Shown: piece after piece, positions 16,931 through 25,359 of the stretch
How the letters are laid out: each line of letters starts with the position of its first letter
Position numbering within the stretch: the stretch's first letter is position 1
Assembly: GCA_017450525.1 (NCBI GenBank)
Contig: JAFSTJ010000148.1
Location: 1-52,038 of the forward strand
Direction: 5' to 3'
Origin: Victivallales bacterium
GTDB taxonomy: Bacteria; Verrucomicrobiota; Lentisphaeria; Oligosphaerales; Oligosphaeraceae
Length of the DNA: 52,038 nt
Made by a program: the position numbers and the translations under genes
Notes under the pieces: model-generated
Database searches by the model: none
Seen by the model: the letters and a program-made list of their open reading frames with translations, nothing else
Told to the model about the DNA's origin: nothing

Positions 16931-18427
16931 TCATCGCTTGAACTTGTTGATGCAGTCGATATATGCCTCCAATGAGGCGGTGACGATATCCGTGGAAGCG
17001 CCGAAACCGTAATATGTGTTGCCTTCGCACTCCAGCAGGATGTGTACCTTTGCGATGTCATCCGAGCCGCTGCTTATTGACTGTATCGTGAATTCCCGTA
17101 TCGTCATGCTGCGGCGTATTATTCGTTTCAGTGCGCAGACTGCGGCATCCACAGGGCCGTTGCCAGTGGCGGTGGCGTCAAAACGCTCGCCAGAAATGCT
17201 CAATTCAAGATAGGCAACTGCCTTCAGGTCCTTGCCGCTGGACACCTGCAGATGCTCCAGCTTTATGGTGTGGTTCTGCTTGTTCTGGACGCCAGCGATA
17301 ATCAACAGGTCATCGTCCGTAATGTCCTTCTTGCGGTCGGCCAGCTTCAGGAATTTGTCGTATGCGGTGGTGAGTTGCTGCTCGTCCAACGTAACGCCGA
17401 GTAGTTGCAGGTGATGGCCCAGTGCGGCGCGACCGCTGCGTGCGGTCAGTACCAGGTTGTTGTCGTCTATGCCCACGTCCCTTGGGTCAATGATTTCGTA
17501 GGTGAGTTTGTTCTTCAGGATGCCGTCCTGGTGTATGCCAGAGGAGTGCGCAAATGCGTTACGCCCCACGATTGCCTTGTTTGCCTGTACGGGCATATTC
17601 ATCAGTTCTGTCACCATTCTGCTGGTGTTGAAGATATTGCGTGTATTGATATTTGTCTGCAATGCAATATCATTGCGGCATTTCACAATCATTGCAATTT
17701 CCTCCAGGCTGGCATTGCCTGCACGTTCGCCAATGCCGTTGATGGTGACCTCGACCTGACGTGCCCCATTCATAACGCCAGCCATTGTATTTGCGGTGGC
17801 AAGTCCCAGGTCATCATGGCAATGGACGGAGATGATGGTGTTCTCGATGCCACGCACATGGTCACGCAGGTATTTGATTTTCGCACCGAATTCCTCGGGC
17901 AGGCAGTATCCTGTTGTATCAGGGATGTTTATGATGGTTGCGCCTGCGGCAATGGCCGCTTCGATGACCTTCGCCAGATATTCATTGTCGGTGCGTCCTG
18001 CGTCCTCAGCGTAGAATTCCACCTCGTCCACCAGGTTTCTGGCGAACTTCACCGCCGCCACCGCCTGTTCTATTATGGCCTCCCTGGTGGAGTTGAATTT
18101 GTATTTGATGTGCAGATCGCTGGTGCCAATGCCGGTGTGAATGCGCTTGCGCTTCGCGTATTTCAGGGCATCCGCCGCCAATTGAATGTCATTCTCCAAT
18201 GCACGGGACAAGGCGCATACAGTGGGCCATGTCACAGCCTTGGATATCTCAACCACCGAATGGAAGTCCCCTGGACTGGAGGCGGGGAAACCCGCCTCGA
18301 TGACATCAACGCCCAACAGCTCCAATTGCTTGGCAATCTTGATTTTCTCCACGGTGTTGAGCTGACAGCCAGGCACCTGCTCTCCGTCCCTCAACGTGGT
18401 GTCAAATATGTACAGTTGCTCGCTCAT
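16931..18427 (-). CDS. leuA: 2-isopropylmalate synthase
   Basis: [29 protein letters not shown], and a C-terminal LeuA regulatory-domain-length tail; 498 aa. Confidence 0.9.
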   Translation of the reverse strand: MSEQLYIFDTTLRDGEQVPGCQLNTVEKIKIAKQLELLGVDVIEAGFPASSPGDFHSVVEISKAVTWPTVCALSRALENDIQLAADALKYAKRKRIHTGIGTSDLHIKYKFNSTREAIIEQAVAAVKFARNLVDEVEFYAEDAGRTDNEYLAKVIEAAIAAGATIINIPDTTGYCLPEEFGAKIKYLRDHVRGIENTIISVHCHDDLGLATANTMAGVMNGARQVEVTINGIGERAGNASLEEIAMIVKCRNDIALQTNINTRNIFNTSRMVTELMNMPVQANKAIVGRNAFAHSSGIHQDGILKNKLTYEIIDPRDVGIDDNNLVLTARSGRAALGHHLQLLGVTLDEQQLTTAYDKFLKLADRKKDITDDDLLIIAGVQNKQNHTIKLEHLQVSSGKDLKAVAYLELSISGERFDATATGNGPVDAAVCALKRIIRRSMTIREFTIQSISSGSDDIAKVHILLECEGNTYYGFGASTDIVTASLEAYIDCINKFKR

Positions 18428-18431
18428 GTTC

Positions 18432-19358
18432 TTATTTCAGGAAGCCGTTGATGATTTGCTCCTCGGCCTCTTGCTCTGTGAGGCCCAGTGTCATTAATTT
18501 AATAAGTTGGTCGCCAGCGATTTTGCCGATTGCGGCCTCGTGGACCAAGGCGGCGTCCACATCGTTCGCCTCAAGACCTGGCACGGCGAGAATCTTGCCT
18601 TCGTCCATGATGATGGAATCGCATTCGGTATGGCCAGTGCAGGGGGCGTTGCCCACCAGCTTGGCGTCAAATCTTTGGAATGAATGTTCCTTTGCAACGG
18701 AGCGGGACACCACGTCAGCGCTGGAGCCTTCTCCATTCAGATATACTACGTATGTGCTGATTGCCCTCTGCTCGCCATGGGTCATAAGCCTTTCCCGCAC
18801 AACCAGTTTTGCGTTGGCGGCAAGTTCGGCCTTAGTGGTGCGCTCCGTATCATCCACACCGCGTATCTGCACCATTTCCATTTCCATGCTGCTTCCTTCC
18901 TGCTGATATACCTCAGTTACTGGGTTCAGGATGCGCTTGCCCTTTCCATCGCCAGCGCCAACGTGCTTCTCCACGTATTTGACGGAGGCGTTCTTCTCAA
19001 GCCAGAAACGGTGAATGCCATCGTGCTGTGAATCCTGCGCGCCGCAATTGTGAATGCCGCAGCCAGCCACGATGACTATTTTGGCGCCCTCTCCGATGTG
19101 GAAGTCGTTGTACACAGTCTCCTTCAGGCCGCTTTTTGTCATCACCACTGGGATGTGCACCTTGTCATCAACGGTGCCTGGCTCCACATAGATGTCCAGC
19201 CCGCTGCCATTTTCCTTTGGCACGATTTTTATCTTGTCTGTGGACTGCCTGCCAGCGGACTGGCTGTTTGCCCGAACGTTGAAGGCACCGTCCTCCATTT
19301 TGCCACCGCCGATGAGTTCGCGGAGCATCTTCAGTTGTGTTTCATCAAGATTCAGCAT
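18432..19358 (-). CDS. SufB/SufD-family Fe-S cluster assembly protein
   Basis: ORF 18432..19373 begins with GTG. ATG 19358 (MLNLDETQ...) overlaps the sufC stop (ATGCTGA). The C-terminal [35 protein letters not shown] is typical of the SufB/D family. Confidence 0.8.
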   Translation of the reverse strand: MLNLDETQLKMLRELIGGGKMEDGAFNVRANSQSAGRQSTDKIKIVPKENGSGLDIYVEPGTVDDKVHIPVVMTKSGLKETVYNDFHIGEGAKIVIVAGCGIHNCGAQDSQHDGIHRFWLEKNASVKYVEKHVGAGDGKGKRILNPVTEVYQQEGSSMEMEMVQIRGVDDTERTTKAELAANAKLVVRERLMTHGEQRAISTYVVYLNGEGSSADVVSRSVAKEHSFQRFDAKLVGNAPCTGHTECDSIIMDEGKILAVPGLEANDVDAALVHEAAIGKIAGDQLIKLMTLGLTEQEAEEQIINGFLK

Positions 19359-20104
19359 TGTGCAGCCCCCCACATTCCGCCGCTTTTGCAGCAGCCCATA
19401 TTTCCCAGCCCAGAGCCTGCCAGGCTAGGCAGGATGAGTTCCCTCGGCCCGAATTTGTCCACCAGGCCCTCCTTAAGCACCACGATTTCATCCGCGATGT
19501 TGAGGATGCGCTCCTGGTGCGAGATTATCATTATGGAACTGCCGTGGATGTTCTGTCTCATATTCTGGAACAGCCGTATCAGGTTCTGGAAACTCCACAG
19601 ATCTATGCCTGCCTCTGGTTCGTCGAATATTGATATTTGCGAGCCTTTTGCAAAAACAGTGGCTATTTCGATGCGTTTAAGTTCGCCGCCAGAAAGGCTG
19701 GCATTCACTTCGCGATTCACATAATCCTTCGCGCACAGGCCAACTTCTGAAAGAAAGTCGCAGGCCTCGTGCACGCTGAGTTCCTTGCCAGCGGCCAGCC
19801 TCAGCAAATCCAGAACGCGTATCCCCTTGAAGCGCACTGGTTGCTGGAAGGCAAAGCCAATTCCCGCCTTGGCGCGCTCGGTGATACTCTTGTCCGTTAT
19901 GTCAACGCCATTCAGCAGTATGCGTCCCGATGTGGGCATGGAAATGCCCGCTATAAGACGTGCCAATGTGGACTTTCCACCGCCGTTGGGACCCGTTATG
20001 ACCGTCAGATGTCCCGCTGGCAGACTTAAGGTCACATCCTTGATAATGGTCTTTTCCTGCCCATTGTCGGACACCTTGAATGATATGTTTTCCAAACTAA
20101 GCAT
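19352..20104 (-). CDS. sufC: Fe-S cluster assembly ATPase (ABC-type)
   Basis: Walker A GPNGGGKST, ABC signature LSGGELKRIEI, Walker B ISIFDEPEAGID. It is directly coupled to the SufB/D-family gene. Confidence 0.85.
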   Translation of the reverse strand: MLSLENISFKVSDNGQEKTIIKDVTLSLPAGHLTVITGPNGGGKSTLARLIAGISMPTSGRILLNGVDITDKSITERAKAGIGFAFQQPVRFKGIRVLDLLRLAAGKELSVHEACDFLSEVGLCAKDYVNREVNASLSGGELKRIEIATVFAKGSQISIFDEPEAGIDLWSFQNLIRLFQNMRQNIHGSSIMIISHQERILNIADEIVVLKEGLVDKFGPRELILPSLAGSGLGNMGCCKSGGMWGAAQC

Positions 20105-20383
20105 TTTCTCGCCTCAATTGTACGGGAATATAACTTAATGTACAACATTTTCCACCAAAACGGTTGAAAAGTGGATAGTGTGTTCCAAGGCAAAGGACAG
20201 CGGTTGGATAATCGCTGGATTTCATGTTCTAGGCATTTAACTGTCTATTTTTCAACTGTCAAGGTGTAATATTTTCTATCTTATGACACAAAAGGCGCAG
20301 GTACAGCGGGGAAAATCCACAAGTTGAAATCCGTAAAAAGTCCCGTGTGCGCCTACGCCTTTGTGCCTAAAGGATGCAATCTT

Positions 20384-20833
20384 TTAGGCGTTGTTCTCTT
20401 GTTTGGCCTTTTCTTCCTTGGATTTGTATTCCTCCCAATCCTGCACAGCTTTCTTATGGTCTTTCAATGCCACGCAGAACGTATATATGCAGGTGATTAC
20501 ATAATACAAAAACGAGAGTATGAAAAAAGTCACCAGGCAAGCTATGGCCTTGTCCTCGAATGTATTTTCTGCAATGCAGAGCTTGTAAATCAAACTGCCC
20601 AGCACGATCAAGTACAAGACATATATGAGAATCATCACAACACCAGCGAAGGGTCTGCCAAGATAGAACATTCCTGCCCCTGGGTATTTGTAGCTCCAGA
20701 TCAACGCTACTAATGGCTGGCGGTTCAAGCGCCTTTGGAGTTCCACCTCCGTATTCCACTTTTGTGCGACGGTTCCTTCCTGCTTGCGAGCCTTCTTGAA
20801 TGCCTCTACGGGGTCTTCATATTTGATTGCCAT
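20384..20833 (-). CDS. Small membrane protein, TM2-domain-like
   Basis: 149 aa with a charged N-terminus and tail and two or three hydrophobic helices. GAGMFYLGRPFAGVVMILIY resembles the TM2-domain (x)FYLG motif. The family call is weak. Confidence 0.6.
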   Translation of the reverse strand: MAIKYEDPVEAFKKARKQEGTVAQKWNTEVELQRRLNRQPLVALIWSYKYPGAGMFYLGRPFAGVVMILIYVLYLIVLGSLIYKLCIAENTFEDKAIACLVTFFILSFLYYVITCIYTFCVALKDHKKAVQDWEEYKSKEEKAKQENNA

Positions 20834-20861
20834 TTAACTTGTTCCTTAACATTAAAAGTGC

Positions 20862-21341
20862 TTATTTTATGGATGATTGCTCTTTAAGCCAGCGGGCACC
20901 TTCCTCTGCATTGTGGAAAATATGAACCTCTGACGGCTTTGGGGAGCAGCAGGGCAGACTTTTGCCCCAAGCTCTCTCGAATATGACATCATATTCATCT
21001 GGATGCCCTATACGATGAAGCACAGTGCGCACTACCAGCCTATGGCATGGCGCGCCCATGAAATCCTTGAAAGAGTCGTAATGCAGGGAAGCACTATTGC
21101 GTCGATATAGGACATAATAGGTTTTAAGCTTCAGTGGGTAGCTTAAATGCAGTTTTATTGCCGAAACAAGGAGTATGATAAAGGCAATCCCAGGAAACAG
21201 GCACCAGACATAATGCCCCCCGCGAAGAAGAAAATATGTGCCTGCCCCGCTCGCAAGTACAAACGCATCCAGAAGAAATGCGTATGTATTGAGAATAATC
21301 CAAAGCGGCAGAGCAGGCAACAGATGTTTGGCTATGTCCAC
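20862..21341 (-). CDS. Hypothetical membrane protein with a Cys/His-containing cytoplasmic tail
   Basis: 159 aa. The GTG start at 21341 immediately follows the stop of the upstream gene (TAAGTG). N-terminal hydrophobic helices are followed by GAPCHRLVVRTVLHRIGHPDEYD ... LPCCSP. No family recognised. Confidence 0.6.
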   Translation of the reverse strand: MDIAKHLLPALPLWIILNTYAFLLDAFVLASGAGTYFLLRGGHYVWCLFPGIAFIILLVSAIKLHLSYPLKLKTYYVLYRRNSASLHYDSFKDFMGAPCHRLVVRTVLHRIGHPDEYDVIFERAWGKSLPCCSPKPSEVHIFHNAEEGARWLKEQSSIK

Positions 21342-21761
21342 TTATTCAATGCTGCTGAAGATTGCATTGGCAATCGAGCTGGCTTCGGCCTCGCCGCCTT
21401 TCAGATAGAAACCTATTGAATCGCCGCTATTGGGAGTGACCGTCAAGGCATATTTACGGCAGAGGCCGCATACGCACATGGCCTTGAAGCCATATTGCAC
21501 GCTTGAAATGCCTGTGAAGGGTATGGACGTGAAATAGGCCCCGCTGGGAATGCACCAGAATGTAAGTGATTTGACTTCCAGCACAACGCGCTTGTTCGTC
21601 ACAACAAGCTGTCCTTGGGTCCTGGAGCCCGTCAAGAACAAGAGGAACTGGATAATCTTCATAACAAAATTAAGAAGCAGATTGGTGGACGTTGAGAACA
21701 TCTCGCCTTCCAGAATCGCCTGAATTTCTTCGTCTTGAACAAGCACTAGTGAACTTTTCAT
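21342..21761 (-). CDS. Bacterial PH-domain-like small protein
   Basis: ORF 21342..21836 starts at a TTG. ATG 21761 (MKSSLVLVQ...) is preferred. A hydrophobic segment is followed by GQLVVTNKRVVLEV ... ISSVQYGF ... YALTVTPNSGDSIGFYLKG and a terminal helix. This matches the bPH 'TNKRvv' pattern. Confidence 0.55.
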   Translation of the reverse strand: MKSSLVLVQDEEIQAILEGEMFSTSTNLLLNFVMKIIQFLLFLTGSRTQGQLVVTNKRVVLEVKSLTFWCIPSGAYFTSIPFTGISSVQYGFKAMCVCGLCRKYALTVTPNSGDSIGFYLKGGEAEASSIANAIFSSIE

Positions 21762-22076
21762 TTTTTTCCCTTTTTGTTTTTGTTGTTTATTTACTTTTTT
21801 TGGCAAGAAGAATTCTATGCCAAAATTCAATTCCAAATATGATTTCAGGTAGCGTCAATTAATAATGATTGAACGTTATCTGTCAAGATTGTAGAGGGTA
21901 TTGCAAAACTGGTGTGTCAAGGGCTTACGCACTTGATTTCCATCTTGGACAAGGTCGAGGACGACCTTGCCACACCAAACTTTGCAATATCCCCTATAAA
22001 GGAAAAATCAAACCAAAAATGCTTCAACCAGCCTTCGTTTCCTTGAACCGACAGTGATGTATAGCTGCCAAAATTG

Positions 22077-22262
22077 TCAAAGCACAGCAAAATCCTTCTT
22101 CTCCGCATTGCGCTGACGCACCAATGTAGCGGCGGATACGATTTTGGGTTTTCCTGACTTGTCACTTACAACAGCCTTGTACCCTAGTTTAGCCTTGCGC
22201 TCCAGCTCCTCGTCTACAGCCTCTTGCAAACAGGCAAGTGCCATTTCCATGTCTTTACTCAT
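22077..22262 (-). CDS. Small charged protein, translationally coupled downstream of the zeta-like ATPase (candidate antitoxin or partner)
   Basis: MSKDMEMALACLQEAVDEELERKAKLGYK... Its ATG lies inside ATGAGTAA, which also carries the upstream gene's TAA stop (8-nt overlap). Confidence 0.5.
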   Translation of the reverse strand: MSKDMEMALACLQEAVDEELERKAKLGYKAVVSDKSGKPKIVSAATLVRQRNAEKKDFAVL

Positions 22263-22845
22263 TTCTTGCAAGCTCCTTCAGGTGTGAAAATACCTGCTGC
22301 TCATAGATGAAATAATCCGTGTCCAACCTTTTCTCGAAAATCGGCCTTATGCGTTCCTGAGAATTGTCAAAGCAGAATGTGCTGTCACAAATCTCCGCAT
22401 AATCGAACAGGTTCTTCACGGTACGCGGGAAGCGTCTGATGATGGTTTCTTCTGGTACATTGTGTCCTCCTTGTTGAACTCGCAGCGCAACACGTTGTGC
22501 GGAGAATTCCGCACTGGGCAGATATAGGAACCATAGAGACACTTGCCAGCCCTGTTTGCGCCACTCCCGTATGCGTGACAGGTACACCCGCCCCGCAAGG
22601 GTTGTCTCAAATGCAAATGTCTCCCTATTGTTGATTTTTTGCTCAAGTTCGCAAAGGAACAGCTTGCTTGCCTGGAGCTGGCCTGCCGTGAAATCCAGCG
22701 GGGAAATGCCCTTTGCAATTTCATCCGCATTGATGAAATTCTTGCACGAGACTATGCTGGGCAGATACTTCATTGCAAAAGTCGTCTTGCCCGAGCCATT
22801 AGGTCCCGCCACAATATGGCAAGTTGGCTGTTCAATCCGCGACAT
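22255..22845 (-). CDS. Zeta-toxin-family / COG4185-type P-loop kinase-like ATPase
   Basis: ORF 22255..22851 starts at a TTG. ATG 22845 gives MSRIEQPTCHIVAGPNGSGKTTFAMKYL (Walker A). Followed by NADEIAKG, FAFETTLAG and GGHNVPEETIIRRF, typical of the zeta/AAA_33-like fold. Confidence 0.75.
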   Translation of the reverse strand: MSRIEQPTCHIVAGPNGSGKTTFAMKYLPSIVSCKNFINADEIAKGISPLDFTAGQLQASKLFLCELEQKINNRETFAFETTLAGRVYLSRIREWRKQGWQVSLWFLYLPSAEFSAQRVALRVQQGGHNVPEETIIRRFPRTVKNLFDYAEICDSTFCFDNSQERIRPIFEKRLDTDYFIYEQQVFSHLKELARNE

Positions 22846-22943
22846 TGTCAAAAAACCTCGTAGAGTATCGCTTAATTTACCCCAAGATGTTCATATTTCA
22901 AGAAATATTCTAAAACCTTAGCGGGAAGTACCTCCCCTGACCA

Positions 22944-23069
22944 GTAATGGGGCACTCCCTCTGGGACAAATGGGACTAATGGGACTAATGGGACGAATGG
23001 GAAATTGCATCGCATCTGTCGCATAAGTCGCATCTGTCGCATCTGTCGCAGATGGAGTTGCCCCATTAC
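22944..23069. repeat. Two abutting 9-nt tandem arrays bracketed by an 11-bp inverted repeat
   Basis: Array A 22963..23007: gggacaaat gggactaat gggactaat gggacgaat gggaaattg. Array B 23009..23053: atcgcatct gtcgcataa gtcgcatct gtcgcatct gtcgcagat. They are bracketed by gtaatggggca (22944..22954) and tgccccattac (23059..23069). cataaaaat x2 follows. Confidence 0.9.
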
Positions 23070-23108
23070 CACATAAAAATCATAAAAATCAGAAATATGG
23101 AATTTCGG

Positions 23109-23137
23109 TTAGCAAAACGAGTAAAAAGGGGTATATT
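23109..23137 (+). promoter_or_regulatory. Sigma-70-like promoter candidate for the oadGAB-type operon
   Basis: TTAGCA (23109..23114), a 17-nt spacer, then TATATT (23132..23137), about 60 nt upstream of the oadG-like ATG. Confidence 0.35.
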
Positions 23138-23197
23138 CTCGCAATTTTAATTTGTTTTTTAAATGACAATGCAAAAAGGAAGGATGGTAGATTTGCT

Positions 23198-23458
23198 ATG
23201 AATCCCAATGATGTCACGTTGATAAAGTCGGCGTTCATCCTGCTGTTAGCGGGAATGGGAATGACCTTTGTGTTCCTGATTGTGCAGATATTCTGCACGA
23301 AATTGTCCTCTTTGGTGACAAAGAACTTCAATCATCTTGTACCAGAACCCGAGGTCAAGGCCAAGAAGCCCGCCGCAAAGCCTGCTGCAAAGAAAGATGA
23401 CGACGAGGATGAGATCGTGGCCGCTATTGCTGCTGTATTACATCATAATTCCAGATAA
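23198..23458 (+). CDS. oadG: Na+-translocating decarboxylase gamma subunit (OadG-like)
   Basis: 86 aa with one N-terminal TM (AFILLLAGMGMTFVFLIVQIF). A Lys/Ala/Pro linker KKPAAKPAAKK and an acidic tail with IVAAIAAVL follow. It sits directly upstream of the alpha and beta subunits. Confidence 0.75.
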   Translation: MNPNDVTLIKSAFILLLAGMGMTFVFLIVQIFCTKLSSLVTKNFNHLVPEPEVKAKKPAAKPAAKKDDDEDEIVAAIAAVLHHNSR

Positions 23459-23478
23459 AACACAAGGAGTAACAAAGA

Positions 23479-25296
23479 ATGACACGTAAAATCCGTTTTA
23501 TGGACACCTCCTTCAGGGATGGTTTCCAGTCGGTAATTGGCGCGCGAGTGATAACTGCGGACTTTCTGCCCGCAGTGCAGGCGGCTGTCGAGGCAGGCTT
23601 TACGCACTTGGAAGTAGGCGGTGGCGCACGTTTCCAGAGCCCCTTCTTCTACTGCGGCGAAAATGCATTCGATTCAATGGACACTATCCGCAAGACAGTG
23701 GGACCAGATGTGAACCTGCAGACACTTGCGCGCGGCGTCAATGTGGTGGGGCTTTCATCGCAGTCCAGCGACATCATTGATTTGCATGCCAAGATGTTCA
23801 AGAAGCACGGCATGACAACCATCCGCAACTTCGACGCTTTGAACGACATCAGGAACATCAGCTACTCTGGCACCTGCATCCACAATGCAGGCCTCAAGCA
23901 CCAGACCACCATCACAATGATGGGCCTCCCGCCGAACATGGACACAGAGGCGCATTCGCCTAAATTCTACTGCCGCATACTGGAGGACATTTTGGCGTCT
24001 GGAATGCCATTCGACTCACTGTGCTTCAAGGATGCATCAGGCACCTGTCCGCCATCCGTTATTAAGGAAACCGTGAAGCGTACCCGCGAGATGCTGGACG
24101 CTGCGGGCAAGAAGGACTGCCCCATTGAAATGCATACCCACGACACCGCAGACATGTCAGTCGCCTGCTACATGGCGGCTATTGAGGGCGGCGCCGAAAT
24201 CATAGACCTTTCCATGCAGCCGATGTCAGGTGGCACTGGCCAGCCGGACATCCTTACCATGTGGCATGCTTTCAAGGGCACGGACTATACGCTGGACATC
24301 GATCCAGACAAGATACTCAAGGTTGAGGCAGTGTTCAAGGACTGCATGGCAAAGTATATGATGCCACCAGAGGCAACCGCCACCAACCCGCTCATTACAA
24401 TGTGCCCCCTGCCTGGTGGCGCATTGACCGCGAATACCCAGATGATGAGAGACAACAAGTGCCTGGACAGGTTCCCCGAAGTGGTCGCCGCCATGCGCGA
24501 AGTCGTGGAGAAGGGCGGTTTCGGCACCTCTGTCACCCCAGTCTCGCAGTTCTATTTCCAGCAGGCATTTGCAAACGTGATGCAGGGCCCATGGAAGAAG
24601 ATTACGCCTGGATACGGCAAGATGGTGCTGGGCTACTTTGGCAAGACGCCAGCAGAACCAGATCCAGAAGTAGTAAAACTGGCTGCGGAGCAGCTGGGCA
24701 TGGAACCCACAACGGAGAATCCAAGAGACCTGAACGACCGCAATCCCAAGCTGGGACGCAAGCACGCTGAGCAGGTGCTCAAGGAGAACGGCCTGGAAAT
24801 CACAGACGAGAACGTGATGATCATCGCAACCTGCGATGAGGCTGCAGACCCCAAGGGCCTGAAGTTCCTGAAGGGCGCACGTCCGATGGGATGCCGTTTT
24901 GTAACTGACAAGAAAGAAGAAACCAAAGCAAATAAGGAAGGCAATATGAACAATGCAGCAGGATCTTATACAGTAGTGGTCAATGGTAAGAATTATCGCG
25001 TGGACGTACTTCCAGCAGGCGCGGCTCCAGTGGTGACAGCGGCACCAGCGGCGGCCCCCGCAGCGGCAGCGGCACCAGCGGCAGGCGGCACTGAAATCAA
25101 GGCCCCAATGCCAGGCACTGTGCTCCGCGTTCTGGTGAATGTGGGCGATGCCGTAAAGAAGGGCGATGACATCATCATGATCGAGGCTATGAAGATGGAG
25201 CAGTCCATCAAGGCAACAGCGGATGGCAAGGTGTCCGCCATCAATGTGGCGCAGGGCGATACCGTGGAAAGCGACCAGGTCGTGGCTGTTATCTAA
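23479..25296 (+). CDS. oadA: Oxaloacetate decarboxylase alpha subunit / pyruvate carboxylase subunit B type (carboxyltransferase + biotinyl domain)
   Basis: FMDTSFRDGFQS at the N-terminus, an Ala/Pro linker, and the biotin attachment motif IEAMKMEQ near the C-terminus. AAGGAG RBS at 23464..23469. Confidence 0.88.
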   Translation: MTRKIRFMDTSFRDGFQSVIGARVITADFLPAVQAAVEAGFTHLEVGGGARFQSPFFYCGENAFDSMDTIRKTVGPDVNLQTLARGVNVVGLSSQSSDIIDLHAKMFKKHGMTTIRNFDALNDIRNISYSGTCIHNAGLKHQTTITMMGLPPNMDTEAHSPKFYCRILEDILASGMPFDSLCFKDASGTCPPSVIKETVKRTREMLDAAGKKDCPIEMHTHDTADMSVACYMAAIEGGAEIIDLSMQPMSGGTGQPDILTMWHAFKGTDYTLDIDPDKILKVEAVFKDCMAKYMMPPEATATNPLITMCPLPGGALTANTQMMRDNKCLDRFPEVVAAMREVVEKGGFGTSVTPVSQFYFQQAFANVMQGPWKKITPGYGKMVLGYFGKTPAEPDPEVVKLAAEQLGMEPTTENPRDLNDRNPKLGRKHAEQVLKENGLEITDENVMIIATCDEAADPKGLKFLKGARPMGCRFVTDKKEETKANKEGNMNNAAGSYTVVVNGKNYRVDVLPAGAAPVVTAAPAAAPAAAAAPAAGGTEIKAPMPGTVLRVLVNVGDAVKKGDDIIMIEAMKMEQSIKATADGKVSAINVAQGDTVESDQVVAVI

Positions 25297-25297
25297 T

Positions 25298-25327
25298 CCA
25301 CAGATTATCACAGATTCTCACGGATTT
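25298..25327. repeat. Three 10-nt-phased CAC(A/G)GATT units
   Basis: tccacagatta tcacagattc tcacggattt lies between the oadA stop (25296) and the oadB start (25360). The same CACAGATT word builds the arms of the 51178..51393 palindrome. Confidence 0.85.
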
Positions 25328-25359
25328 TTAGACTGTAATAATTAACAAGGAAGACAACC

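Noticed and set aside
21837-22076. ORFs 21869..22057 (+) and 21917..22165 (-) in the gap between the toxin pair and the PH-like gene
   Set aside because: They mutually overlap, carry no motifs and have no RBS. The gap instead contains an 8-bp-stem AGGA-loop hairpin (21950..21969) and probably promoter or terminator signals.
22963-23053. Possible CRISPR array (also considered for 40386..40427, 25298..27 and 51178..51213)
   Set aside because: The units are 7-10 nt and directly abutting with no spacers. CRISPR repeats are more than 20 nt and separated by unique spacers. No cas genes are in the window.
22872-23072. 66-aa ORF (MVMGQLHLRQMRQMRLMRQMRCNFPFVPLVPLVPFVP...) just upstream of the zeta-like gene, superficially placed like an antitoxin
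   Set aside because: It is kept open only because the underlying DNA is 9-nt tandem repeats (a multiple of 3). It has a GTG start, no RBS, and a peptide that simply mirrors the repeats. I treat it as noncoding repeat DNA.
24226-25311. 361-aa minus-strand ORF, with other long antisense ORFs (17405..18451, 43501..44346, 42353..43129, 36547..37197, 7264..7986, 26433..26984, 3113..4054, 41582..42208)
   Set aside because: Each lies entirely inside, and antisense to, a gene with strong family motifs (oadA, leuA, GH130, CBM giant, GRE, acyl-CoA ligase, oadB, ispG). Their translations are Cys/His/Arg/Leu-rich with no motifs.
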